Source of the DNA: Pelagibacteraceae bacterium AG-345-F21
GTDB lineage: Bacteria > Pseudomonadota > Alphaproteobacteria > Pelagibacterales > Pelagibacteraceae
Reading direction: 5' to 3'
Length of the DNA: 64,000 bases
Assembly: GCA_003281795.1 (NCBI GenBank)
Contig: QCAW01000001.1
Span: 15,206-79,205 of the forward strand
Positions 10,591 through 24,953 of the stretch are shown piece after piece. A model generated the notes under the pieces. It did no database searches. It was not told the origin of the DNA and was given only the letters and a program-made list of their open reading frames with translations. Position 1 is the first letter of the stretch; the number at the start of each line of letters is the position of its first letter. The translations under genes and the position numbers were made by a program.

Positions 10591-11961
10591 TTAATTTATC
10601 CAATTAATATTCTTATTTAATTTATTGTAGGTTTTTACCTTTTTATTATCAATCCAACACAATGTAATATTAAGGTCCTCCATTAAATCTAACAAATAAC
10701 TGTATTTATTCATTAATTTCATCGGATCACTACTTAGTGCAAGATACATTTCTACTTTATCAGGTAATAATTTTTCGTTTTGATATCTTATTTTATATTC
10801 TAATAGTTTTATTATTCCATTTCTTATTTGTTCTTTTAAATTTTGACTTTTCCAAGTTTTAATTTCGAAGAGTTTTCCAATACCATTTAGTTCAGTATAT
10901 AGATCAAATTGTGCCCCTTTGTGCTGTAAATTCTTTTCTTTTAATTTTTTAGCAATAATTTTTACAGTTTCCTCATGTTGCATAGTAGCTTTTTCTAATA
11001 GTTCTAATTTACTTTGATTTTTTTCCTCTAGATTTAAACCACCTTTGGGTTGCCATTTTTTTGCAACTTTATTTATATCAATATCGCTTAATTTTATTGG
11101 GGATGGGTTATTAAATATTTCTTTTGGTATCTCTTTTTTAAAGTATTTAGTTTTTTCATTCGCAACAAAGTTCTCTTTTCTAACTAATTTAAAGTTACAA
11201 ATTTTGAAACCATCTACACCTTTAGAATACCAGAAATCATTGATAAGATATTTACCATCATATCTATAACCGTTTTTAGGTGCGTAATCTGAATTCAAAT
11301 TACTACCTCTAAAAACTCTTACTGGTATGTTCCAGTTGCAATTAAATACTAAAGATTTGTTAAATGTATTTTCAAATGATTGGTTTGAGTTTTGTTTACC
11401 GGTTTTTTCATCTCTTCCGCCCTGACCAATGTAAATTACTTCTTCTCCTCGGTCATAGGTTTCATCAACGTAACCTCCGGATAATACTACTGCTTTTGCG
11501 ACCCCTTGGTTTTGAGATATTCCAAATACTGTATTATTATGTAGCTCTGCCTTAAGAATTTCTTTCCTATCTTTAAATATTTTACCTTCTTTATGTTCTT
11601 CAACTTTTTTAAAATTTGAAACATTTAGTTTATCTAAATCTATATCTTTATAAATAATTGGATTTCTTTCTTTGCCCCAAAATTCTGGGATTGAAATTTC
11701 TGTATATTCTCTAAATCTAATTTTATATCTGCCTGGTCCATAAGGTGACTTTATAATTTCTTTTATTTTTCCAATTAAAAAAGCCTCTCTATGTTTCTCT
11801 TTGCCATGCCAAATTTTTCTTGCATCGTGTCTGTTTCTTGTGCAGATAATATATTTACATTTTGATGCTTTTATAGGATTTAATTTCCAAGACTCTGAAG
11901 TTTCTTTGAGCACAATCTCATCAATACTTTTGTATGTAAGTACTACAATTGTGTTTGGCAT
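10591..11961 (-). CDS. SRA/YDG-domain protein with C-terminal PD-(D/E)xK-like nuclease; candidate type IV modification-dependent restriction endonuclease
   Basis: SRA signature VVLSGGY..D.GEEVIYIGQGG, PVRVFRG, GYRYDGKY (aa ~125-262); FDLY..LFEIKT (D353/E366/K368); extra ~110-aa N-terminal domain. Confidence 0.8.
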   Translation of the reverse strand: MPNTIVVLTYKSIDEIVLKETSESWKLNPIKASKCKYIICTRNRHDARKIWHGKEKHREAFLIGKIKEIIKSPYGPGRYKIRFREYTEISIPEFWGKERNPIIYKDIDLDKLNVSNFKKVEEHKEGKIFKDRKEILKAELHNNTVFGISQNQGVAKAVVLSGGYVDETYDRGEEVIYIGQGGRDEKTGKQNSNQSFENTFNKSLVFNCNWNIPVRVFRGSNLNSDYAPKNGYRYDGKYLINDFWYSKGVDGFKICNFKLVRKENFVANEKTKYFKKEIPKEIFNNPSPIKLSDIDINKVAKKWQPKGGLNLEEKNQSKLELLEKATMQHEETVKIIAKKLKEKNLQHKGAQFDLYTELNGIGKLFEIKTWKSQNLKEQIRNGIIKLLEYKIRYQNEKLLPDKVEMYLALSSDPMKLMNKYSYLLDLMEDLNITLCWIDNKKVKTYNKLNKNINWIN

Positions 11962-12073
11962 AAATATTAATATAACCTAGCATAAGTTTGGACGCATCTG
12001 TGACGCAATTTTCATCAAAGTTTTAGATTTTATGCAATTGCAAATGGCGTATAATAAGGAATAATGTTACAAA

Positions 12074-12104
12074 GTTCGGGGCACCAGGTAATAGAACACC
12101 CCTT
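12074..12104 (+). repeat. Degenerate direct repeat of the tmRNA coding-piece 3' end (copy of 9663-9693)
   Basis: gttcggggcaccaggtaatagaacacccctt vs gtttggggcacctggcaacagaacgcccctt, 26/31 identical, ungapped. Confidence 0.8.
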
Positions 12105-12186
12105 AAAAGATATATTTATCGCCTAGATAAATTAGTATTCCTGCAGCAATACCTAGTAAAATCCAATGATAATTTTCTTTCATCAT
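12103..12186 (-). CDS. 27-aa single-TM small protein MMKENYHWILLGIAAGILIYLGDKYIF
   Basis: ATGA overlap with the stop of the upstream MazG-like gene; hydrophobic core. Confidence 0.55.
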   Translation of the reverse strand: MMKENYHWILLGIAAGILIYLGDKYIF

Positions 12187-12554
12187 ACAACGAACTTGCT
12201 TAAATCAGGTTTAAAATAGTTTGGCCCTTTCATTACTTTGCCTTTATCGTTATAAATCGGTCTTCCATCTGAGCCTAATTTACTCATATTAGAATTTTGA
12301 ACTTCTTTAAAACATTTGTCTAAATTAATACCGAATGCATGACCGGCTCCATAAGTAACATATAATATGTCAGTTAAAGCATCTGCTACTTCTTTTATAT
12401 CCTTTTTTTTTATAGCGTCTTTAAACTCTTCAAGCTCTTCCTCTATTAGGTCGTATCTAAGAGACGTAATTTTATCATGTGGAAATTCAGCTTTTTCTTT
12501 AATTTCTTGACCAAAAATTTCCATAAATTTTTTAACACTCTCAAAATTAGTCAT
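12183..12554 (-). CDS. MazG-like nucleoside triphosphate pyrophosphohydrolase (PRA-PH family)
   Basis: LIEEELEEF...EVADALTDILYVTYG...EVQNSNMSK. Confidence 0.9.
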   Translation of the reverse strand: MTNFESVKKFMEIFGQEIKEKAEFPHDKITSLRYDLIEEELEEFKDAIKKKDIKEVADALTDILYVTYGAGHAFGINLDKCFKEVQNSNMSKLGSDGRPIYNDKGKVMKGPNYFKPDLSKFVV

Positions 12555-12613
12555 TTCTCTTCCTTTGTATTTATAATTAGTAAATAAAAGTGTATTATAT
12601 CAATGAATCGATA

Positions 12614-14002
12614 ATGAAATACAGAACAGAATTTGATAGTATTGGAAAAATTAAGGTTGCTGGTGATAAGTATTGGGGAGCATCCACTGAAAGATCTAAT
12701 AAATATTTTAATATAGGTGATTTTTTAGTTAGACCTTTAGTTATCCATTCAATAGCAATAATCAAGAAAGCAGCAGCAATTGTTAATACAAAAAACAAGG
12801 ATTTAAATCCGAAATTAAGTAAATTTATAATTAAGGCCTCAGAGGAGGTAATTAAAGGAAAACTAGATATACATTTTCCCCTAAAAGTTTGGCAAACTGG
12901 TTCTGGTACTCAAACTAACATGAACGTCAATGAAGTGATAGCTAATAGAGCAATTGAGATGATGAGAGGAAAAATGGGTTCCAAGAAACCAATACATCCA
13001 AATGATCATGTTAATAAATCTCAGTCAACGAATGATGTTTTTCCAACAGCAATGCATATAGCTATCGCAATTAAAGCAAATGAAAAACTAATCCCTTCAC
13101 TTAAATTATTAGAAAAACAATTGGCAATTAAAACTAAAGAATTTAAAAATATTGTTAAAGTGGGAAGAACTCACCTGCAAGATGCTACACCCCTCACTTT
13201 AGGTCAAGAATTTTCTGGTTATCACTCTCAATTGAAAAAATGTATTATAAGAATTGAGGCAGCCTTAAAAGAAATCTATAATTTAGCGCAAGGGGGTACA
13301 GCCGTTGGGACCGGATTAAATACTAAAAAAAATTTTGATAAAAAAATTGTTAAAGAAATAAGAAAAATTACTAAATTGCCATTTAAAACAGCTGATAATA
13401 AATTTGCTGCTTTAGCTGCACATGATGAAATTGTAAATTTTTCGGGTACTCTTAATACTGCAGCAGTTTGTTTAATGAAGATTGCAAACGATATAAGATT
13501 TCTTGGGTCAGGTCCAAGAGCGGGTTATGGAGAATTAATTCTACCTTCAAATGAACCTGGATCCTCTATAATGCCAGGTAAAGTTAATCCTACTCAGACT
13601 GAAGCTGTAACTATGGTCTGTGTAAAAGTTATTGGAAACCATAATGGTATCACTATGGCAGGTTCACACGGCCATTTTGAATTGAATGTTTTTAAACCGC
13701 TTATCATCCATAACATCTTACAATCAATTGAAATAATGAGTGACTCAGCAAAAACTTTTGCGTTATATTGTGTTAAAGGAATAAAAGCCGACAAAAAAAG
13801 AATTAAACATCTATTAGAAAACTCATTAATGCTCGTAACAGCTTTAGCTCCCAAAATTGGGTACGATAAAGCAGCTTACATAGCAAAAGCAGCTCACAAA
13901 AATGGAACAACATTAAAAGAAGAAGTTTTAAAATCAGGACTAATTAATTCAAAAGAATATGACAAAATAATGAGTCCAATTAAAATGACAAAACCAAAGT
14001 AA
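12614..14002 (+). CDS. fumC: Class II fumarate hydratase
   Basis: [33 protein letters not shown]; start set at ATG 12614. Confidence 0.97.
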   Translation: MKYRTEFDSIGKIKVAGDKYWGASTERSNKYFNIGDFLVRPLVIHSIAIIKKAAAIVNTKNKDLNPKLSKFIIKASEEVIKGKLDIHFPLKVWQTGSGTQTNMNVNEVIANRAIEMMRGKMGSKKPIHPNDHVNKSQSTNDVFPTAMHIAIAIKANEKLIPSLKLLEKQLAIKTKEFKNIVKVGRTHLQDATPLTLGQEFSGYHSQLKKCIIRIEAALKEIYNLAQGGTAVGTGLNTKKNFDKKIVKEIRKITKLPFKTADNKFAALAAHDEIVNFSGTLNTAAVCLMKIANDIRFLGSGPRAGYGELILPSNEPGSSIMPGKVNPTQTEAVTMVCVKVIGNHNGITMAGSHGHFELNVFKPLIIHNILQSIEIMSDSAKTFALYCVKGIKADKKRIKHLLENSLMLVTALAPKIGYDKAAYIAKAAHKNGTTLKEEVLKSGLINSKEYDKIMSPIKMTKPK

Positions 14003-14004
14003 AA

Positions 14005-15408
14005 TTAAATTATTTCTAAAATATAATTTGAAATTTTTTCCTTTTTAAAAATTTCAAAAAAACTTCCACTAAATAAAATATTTTCAAATTTTTCCTTAAA
14101 ATATTTTAAATCTTCTTTATTCGCTAAAAAATTTTCATTAAATTGAATTTTAGTAAAATTTATTTTCTTATTTAAAATATTGATTGAGCCTTCAGCGCCT
14201 AGAGTGAAGGGTATATCTTCATCTTTTTTATTAATTGAAAGTTTCTTGAAAAGTTTTTTTTTATTTACAATTTTTAAATTACAATAAAAATTTAATCTGG
14301 GAAATTCTTCGACAAAAACACTTTCACCTTCGCAATTGGCTTCTCCACCAGCAAATAATATTATTTTTGAAAAGTTAACTCTACCAAAAGTAGACTGTAT
14401 ACTTAATTGATAACCATTTACTAAATCTTTAAAATATCTTTTATTCTCGTAGTTAATTATAAATTTACCATTTAATTTTTTTAAAAGTACTTTTTTATTG
14501 ATAATTTTTTCTAAATTAATCTTTTCAATATAATCTTGATCAATTTCATTGATGTTAATTGTAGTATCTATACTAAAAAAAGGAGCAAAATTAATTAAGC
14601 TATCCAATGATAATGATATAGCTTTATTTCTAAAATTAGAGTCATAAACTTTTAATACATCATTTTTAATTTCGAAGTTAAATTTTAATAAATTATTTAA
14701 TAAATTTACTTGAGAAGAACCCAAAATACTGTTTTCACCATCGTTTTTTTTTAAATCTACCTGCGCTTTGACACCCAATTCTTTGATAATAAAATCTAAA
14801 TTCTTTTTATTATCTTTAAAGGAAATGATAAAGTCTTTTTCAAATATTAACCCATTAATATTGTTTTTATTGTATCCGTAATTAACTAAGTTTATATTTT
14901 TGATTTTAGTCAACACTTCTGAGTTTTTCGTAAGAATTAAATTTAAATTTTCAATATTTATTTTATTTTTAAGGTTATTAAAATAATTTATTAAAAAAAA
15001 TGATTTATCGACTTTCATTTCACCTTTAGTATTTGTGACTTTCATTTTCTTAATATTAAAGTCTTTATACTTATAAATATTTTCAAAATATAAAAAAATC
15101 TCAATTTTATCTGAATTAAATTTTGTTAAACTATTGTTTATCGTGAAATTTACATTGGAAAGAGATAAATTAGGAAGAGGAAAAATATTGTATTTTATAT
15201 TTTCTATCTCATTTATTTTTAAAAAATAATTTTTTATCAAATATTCTTTTATAATTTCTTCTTTTTTTTTATAATCAAAAAACTTAGGTATTGTTAAAAA
15301 TAATGACATAGCTAGTAAAAAAATTAAAAATATATATCTTATGAAGAAAAAAAATTTAAAAACGTTTGAATATTTGTTGTGAACAGTTTTGTAAATTTTA
15401 TTAATCAT
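14005..15408 (-). CDS. Hypothetical membrane-anchored protein, possibly AsmA-like
   Basis: N-terminal TM followed by IPKFFDYKK..IFPLPNL and beta-rich repeats, reminiscent of AsmA N-termini. Confidence 0.5.
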   Translation of the reverse strand: MINKIYKTVHNKYSNVFKFFFFIRYIFLIFLLAMSLFLTIPKFFDYKKKEEIIKEYLIKNYFLKINEIENIKYNIFPLPNLSLSNVNFTINNSLTKFNSDKIEIFLYFENIYKYKDFNIKKMKVTNTKGEMKVDKSFFLINYFNNLKNKINIENLNLILTKNSEVLTKIKNINLVNYGYNKNNINGLIFEKDFIISFKDNKKNLDFIIKELGVKAQVDLKKNDGENSILGSSQVNLLNNLLKFNFEIKNDVLKVYDSNFRNKAISLSLDSLINFAPFFSIDTTININEIDQDYIEKINLEKIINKKVLLKKLNGKFIINYENKRYFKDLVNGYQLSIQSTFGRVNFSKIILFAGGEANCEGESVFVEEFPRLNFYCNLKIVNKKKLFKKLSINKKDEDIPFTLGAEGSINILNKKINFTKIQFNENFLANKEDLKYFKEKFENILFSGSFFEIFKKEKISNYILEII

Positions 15409-15452
15409 TTTTTTTATTTTTATAACTAGTGTATAAATGAAAACTTTCTAAT

Positions 15453-17488
15453 ATGAATAATATAAATAAATTAATTGACAATTTAAACAAAGAACAAAAA
15501 GAAGCAGTCTTAAACACTGAAGGTCCAAATCTTATAGTGGCTGGAGCAGGTTCAGGTAAAACTAGAGTTCTTACAACTAGAGTAATTCATATTATTAATG
15601 AGAAAAAAGCTTGGGCTAATCAAATTTTATGCGTTACTTTTACTAACAAAGCCGCAAAAGAAATGCAGTCTAGGGTAATGAATTACATAAAGGGTAGTTC
15701 TAATTCAGTTTCTTGGCTTGGAACTTTTCATTCAATAAGTGTTAAATTTCTTAGGAGACATGCAGAAGCATTGGGTTACAAAAGCAACTTTACTATTTTA
15801 GATACTGATGACCAAAAAAAATTGGTAAGAAACATCATCAAAAGTGAAAATTTAGATGCTAAAAAATTTTCTCCCCAATTAATCTTATATCACATTGATC
15901 AATGGAAAAATAAAGGATTGCTTCCTAAAGACATAAAAAATGAAAAATCGAGTGCAATTCTAAAAGCTGTTTTAAAAGTTTATGATATCTATCAAAAGAA
16001 AACTAAAGACTTAAACGCATTTGATTTTGGGGATCTAATACTCTTTTGCGTTAAACTTTTTGAAGAACACAAAGATATAAGAAAAATTTATCAAAATAAT
16101 TTTAAATATATTTTAGTTGATGAGTTTCAAGACACAAATTATATTCAAAATAAGTGGCTCAATCTTTTAGTAAATCAAAGTGAAAATATTTGTTGTGTGG
16201 GTGACGACGATCAATCAATATATAGCTGGAGAGGTGCAGAAATTAAAAATTTTTTAACATTCGATCAGATATACAAAAATTGTAAAATTTTTAAACTAGA
16301 ACAAAATTATAGATCCACAAAAAATATTTTACAAACTGCTTCTAGTCTTATTTCAAACAATTCTAACAGAGTTGGTAAAAAATTATGGTCGAGTGCTAAA
16401 GAAGGTGAGTCTGTTAAATTAAATTGCTATAAAACAGGAAAAGAAGAGGCCCAAGGTATAAGTGATATAATTGAGCATAGTTTAAAGAAAAAATATTCCC
16501 TCAATGAAGTTTCAATTTTAGTAAGAGCAATCTATCAAACTAGAGAATTTGAAGAGCGTTTTTTACAGTTAGGCATTGGTTATAGAGTCCTTGGTGGTAT
16601 AAAATTTTATGAAAGAGCGGAAATAAAAGACGCTGTATCTTACCTTAGAATTATAAATCAAAAAAGAGATGATTTAGCTTTAGAGAGAGTAATTGGTTCA
16701 CCCAAAAGAGGAATAGGTGAAAGTACATTAAAACAAATTTATTTATTCGCCGGTAAAAATAATCTTTGTTTAGAAGACTCAATTATGAAAATTTTAGAAA
16801 TGGATGATTTTAAACCAAAAATTAAAACCACACTTAAACAATTAATGGCCCTTATTCAAAAATGGAGAAAAGTCTCACGAAATATGAAACATTATGATTT
16901 GCTTAAATTAGTATTAGATGAGTCTGGTTATTCAAGTATGTTAAAAAATAAAAAAGATCTAGAAAATGAAAATAGATTAGAAAATTTAAAAGAGTTATTA
17001 AGAGCAATGCAAGATTATGAAAATTTACAAAATTTTTTAGAGCATGTTGCTTTAGCAACTTCTGCAGACCAGGAATGGGAAGGTGCTAAAATAAATCTTA
17101 TGACAATGCACGGCGCCAAAGGACTTGAGTTTGATGTGGTTTTTTTACCTGGATGGGAAGAAGGATTATTTCCTCATCAAAAATCTTTAGAGGAAAAAGG
17201 GGATTTTGCTTTAGAAGAAGAAAGAAGGTTAGCTTACGTCGGTATTACAAGAGCTAAAAAAGAGGCTTACATATCATTTGCAATGAAAAGAGCGTACCAC
17301 GGAGATTGGATGGACGCTTTACCTTCTCGATTTGTAAGTGAAATTCCAGATGAGAGTGTAGAAAAAAATGAGATTAATTTTGATAAAACCGTGGAAGATT
17401 TTGAATTTAATCAAGATAATTCTATTGAATTTGATGAAGAATATAGAAGCCCTGGGTGGGATAGATACAAAAAAAATAAATTTTTAAA

Positions 17489-17501
<13 letters not shown>
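15453..17501 (+). CDS. uvrD: UvrD/PcrA family DNA helicase
   Basis: AGAGSGKTRVL, LVDEFQDTN, VGDDDQSIY, EEERRLAYVGITRA. Confidence 0.95.
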
Positions 17502-22059
<4,558 letters not shown>

Positions 22060-22106
22060 AGACAAATTAGTATCAAATTAATTTGCAATGGTAAATTTGA
22101 ATGATG

Positions 22107-23027
22107 TTATGCGCCGATAGCTACTGGATTTTTATAAGAATTTTCGTTTTGTTTTTCGTTATTTTCAAAATTTTCTAAGCTCCAATTAGCTTTATTTGAA
22201 AAAAATTTCTTCAATAATTTATTGGTAAGAGCATGTCCACCTTGAGATGTTTTGATGCATCCAAATATACGATTACCTGAAAGCATTATATCTCCTAGAC
22301 AGTCTAGTATTTTATGTAAAACAAATTCGTTTCTATTTCTCAAGCCATCTTCGTTAAGAATTTTATTCCCTTGTACTACTATGGCGTTATCTAGTGAACC
22401 GCCTTTAGCTAGTCCCATTCTTTTAATATTATCAATATCTTCATATAAACAAAAAGTTCTAGAGTTGTAAATTTCTGATAAATTAGCATTGCTCAATTTT
22501 AATTCTTTTCTTCTAGTCCTTATCAACGGATTGTTGAAAATAATTTCGAAATCTATTATTAAATCTTGTTTTAGAGGTTCTATAGAGATAAATTTTTTTC
22601 CATCTTTAACTTCAACTTTTTTTAATACTTTAATGAATTTTCTAGGTTCGCTTTGTTCTACAACTCCAACTGACCTTATTGCATCAACGAAATCAACTGC
22701 TGAGCCATCCATAATCGGAATTTCAGAGGCATTAAGTTCTACAATGGCATTGTCTATACCTTCTCCATAAAAGGCTGCCATTAAATGTTCAACTGTTGAT
22801 ACTGTAACTCCATTTTTATTTTTAAGTTGCGTACACAAGACGGGCTCAACAACATTATTAAAGTTAGCGTTAATAATATTATTATCATTTATATCAATTC
22901 TTTTAAAAATTATTCCAGTATTAGGCTCTGAAGGTTTTATTGTTAAACTCACCTCTTGCCCATTATGTAATCCAATACCTTCTAAATTTATTTCGTTTTT
23001 TATTGTTTTTTGATTAGGTTTAAACAT
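22107..23027 (-). CDS. lpxC: UDP-3-O-acyl-GlcNAc deacetylase
   Basis: TVEHLMAA, PIMDGSA, HKILDCLGD. Confidence 0.96.
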   Translation of the reverse strand: MFKPNQKTIKNEINLEGIGLHNGQEVSLTIKPSEPNTGIIFKRIDINDNNIINANFNNVVEPVLCTQLKNKNGVTVSTVEHLMAAFYGEGIDNAIVELNASEIPIMDGSAVDFVDAIRSVGVVEQSEPRKFIKVLKKVEVKDGKKFISIEPLKQDLIIDFEIIFNNPLIRTRRKELKLSNANLSEIYNSRTFCLYEDIDNIKRMGLAKGGSLDNAIVVQGNKILNEDGLRNRNEFVLHKILDCLGDIMLSGNRIFGCIKTSQGGHALTNKLLKKFFSNKANWSLENFENNEKQNENSYKNPVAIGA

Positions 23028-23093
23028 TTGGATTTTATACAAAATTGATATAAATGAATTAACACAACAAATGTTTCAAAAAAAAACAACTTA

Positions 23094-24290
23094 TTAATCA
23101 AATAAAAGCTTAAAAAGCTTTGTAATTAATGATTTTTTTTGTTGCGCTACCGGTATAGCTTCATTTCTCCAACCTGTAACGCTCAACTTAGAAGCTTTGC
23201 TAACCGTAATTTCAGATGAAAAAGTGTCTATAAATTCAGGCTTTTGATAATTATTTTGAGAAATAAAATTATCAAAAACTTTTTCAAAATTTTTTTCAAT
23301 AATTTTGTCTTGAAACATCATAAATATTTTAAATCTATCAAATTTTAAATTTTTAATATTAGTATTTTTATTTAAAATACGATTTATGATTTCTTCTATT
23401 CTAGCTTCAGCTATGTCGAATATTAATTTTTTTCTTATTTTTCTAAAATTGCCATTTATAAAATATTTTTTTTCTAATACTTCATCTTTATCAATCGAGT
23501 TTTGATTTAAGAGACTATCATTGAAAAAATTTTTAATTGTTTTTGTATCTATTAAACAAATTTTTTCAATATCTCGGTAGACAATATTGGAACCATAGTC
23601 AAAATCTTCAGAATAAACAAATGCAGAATTATAAAAAAAACTTATATTAGATGAATTTTCATCTATTTTTACCTTTAAAAAAGACTCGTGATTTTTGAGT
23701 TCAATTAACTGAGCACCCTCAACAAAATCTTTAAGAAAAATCTTCTTAACTTCAATATTATGTTTATTAAATAAAAACTTTATATTCTTTAAGTCATTAT
23801 CGTTTATAAAAAAAAAAGTTAAATTATGAATATAGAAGTCACCAAATAAACCTATTGGTAAATTTTTAACCTCAACTCCATCTAAAATACTTTTAGAATT
23901 AAAAATATGTAAAATTTTATTTTTGTTTTCATTTTCAGTTATAAGCAATTTTAATGAATTTAAAATATATGAGATATTTTCCTTAAATATTTGAGATCCA
24001 TTTAATTTTTTGAAACCAGAAATATTTGTACAAGAGCAGTTAAAAGCATCAATTATAATAGTCGCTTCTTTAAAAACGAAATCTAATTTACTTTCAATAT
24101 TTTCAATGCTGTTTTTTATTGTCTCATATGCTTCATCTAAATTTATAAATTTTTTTTTGTTGATCCCAGCACTTAAAGTTACAATTTTTTCACTTATTTT
24201 AAAATTTTTATTATCATCGTATACACCAGCTATAAAAGTATAATTGCTATTATTGATTTCAATAAATAAAATCGGGACATTTGATAGCAT
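23094..24290 (-). CDS. ftsA: Highly divergent FtsA-like cell division protein
   Basis: Position after ftsQ, size, IAEARIEEI motif, C-terminal amphipathic helix SLITKLFKLLFD; ATP-binding motifs degenerate. Confidence 0.75.
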   Translation of the reverse strand: MLSNVPILFIEINNSNYTFIAGVYDDNKNFKISEKIVTLSAGINKKKFINLDEAYETIKNSIENIESKLDFVFKEATIIIDAFNCSCTNISGFKKLNGSQIFKENISYILNSLKLLITENENKNKILHIFNSKSILDGVEVKNLPIGLFGDFYIHNLTFFFINDNDLKNIKFLFNKHNIEVKKIFLKDFVEGAQLIELKNHESFLKVKIDENSSNISFFYNSAFVYSEDFDYGSNIVYRDIEKICLIDTKTIKNFFNDSLLNQNSIDKDEVLEKKYFINGNFRKIRKKLIFDIAEARIEEIINRILNKNTNIKNLKFDRFKIFMMFQDKIIEKNFEKVFDNFISQNNYQKPEFIDTFSSEITVSKASKLSVTGWRNEAIPVAQQKKSLITKLFKLLFD

Positions 24291-24293
24291 ATA

Positions 24294-24953
24294 TTAATTT
24301 AATATTATTTGATCTTTAATTCGATAGTCAAATAAGCTATATTCATTAAATTCTTTGCTACTAATAATTTTCATAAAATTTTTTAAACTTTTTTTATAAT
24401 CTTTAATTGGTAACTTAATTACTTTATTATCTTCAATTATCAAATCCCACCTGCCCGACTCAAAAAAATAATAAGATTTTATCATTTCGATTGGAAAGTT
24501 TGTATTTTTAAGATTTTGGTACATTGAAAAAAATCGATCTCCACCGTTTAAAACTGTTGGTAAATCTTCAAATTTATTAATATCTTTATATTTTACTATA
24601 TTTCCATTATCTGAAATAAAGTATTTTTTCTTTTCTTTTATTAAAATGGCTATGAACTCTTTCTCTTTTATTGTCAATTTTAAGGTATTTGGGTAAATCT
24701 TTTTTATGGTAAAACTTTCAACAAATTCTAAGTTTTTAATTTTCTTTTTAATATTTTCATTGTTTAAAAAAAATAAATTCTCTTCGTATAAATAATTTAA
24801 TTGTTTTTTTAAAAGATCTTTATCGATAATTTCATCATGTTCCAAAATTATCTGTTTAATATTAAAATGAGGAATTTGGATATTTTTAATATTTGGGTTG
24901 TAAGTAGATAAAAAAATAAAAAAAACTGCTAACAAAAAAAAGGGCTTTTTCAT
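24294..24953 (-). CDS. ftsQ: Cell division protein FtsQ/DivIB
   Basis: POTRA (IKKIYPNTLKLTIKE), GRWDL, FDYRIKDQI. Confidence 0.88.
   Translation of the reverse strand: MKKPFFLLAVFFIFLSTYNPNIKNIQIPHFNIKQIILEHDEIIDKDLLKKQLNYLYEENLFFLNNENIKKKIKNLEFVESFTIKKIYPNTLKLTIKEKEFIAILIKEKKKYFISDNGNIVKYKDINKFEDLPTVLNGGDRFFSMYQNLKNTNFPIEMIKSYYFFESGRWDLIIEDNKVIKLPIKDYKKSLKNFMKIISSKEFNEYSLFDYRIKDQIILN

Larger units (their letters stand above)
9694..12104. mobile_element. Small integrase-less genomic islet inserted at the 3' end of ssrA
   Basis: Three non-core ORFs between ssrA and a degenerate copy of the ssrA 3' end (12074-12104). Confidence 0.7.
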
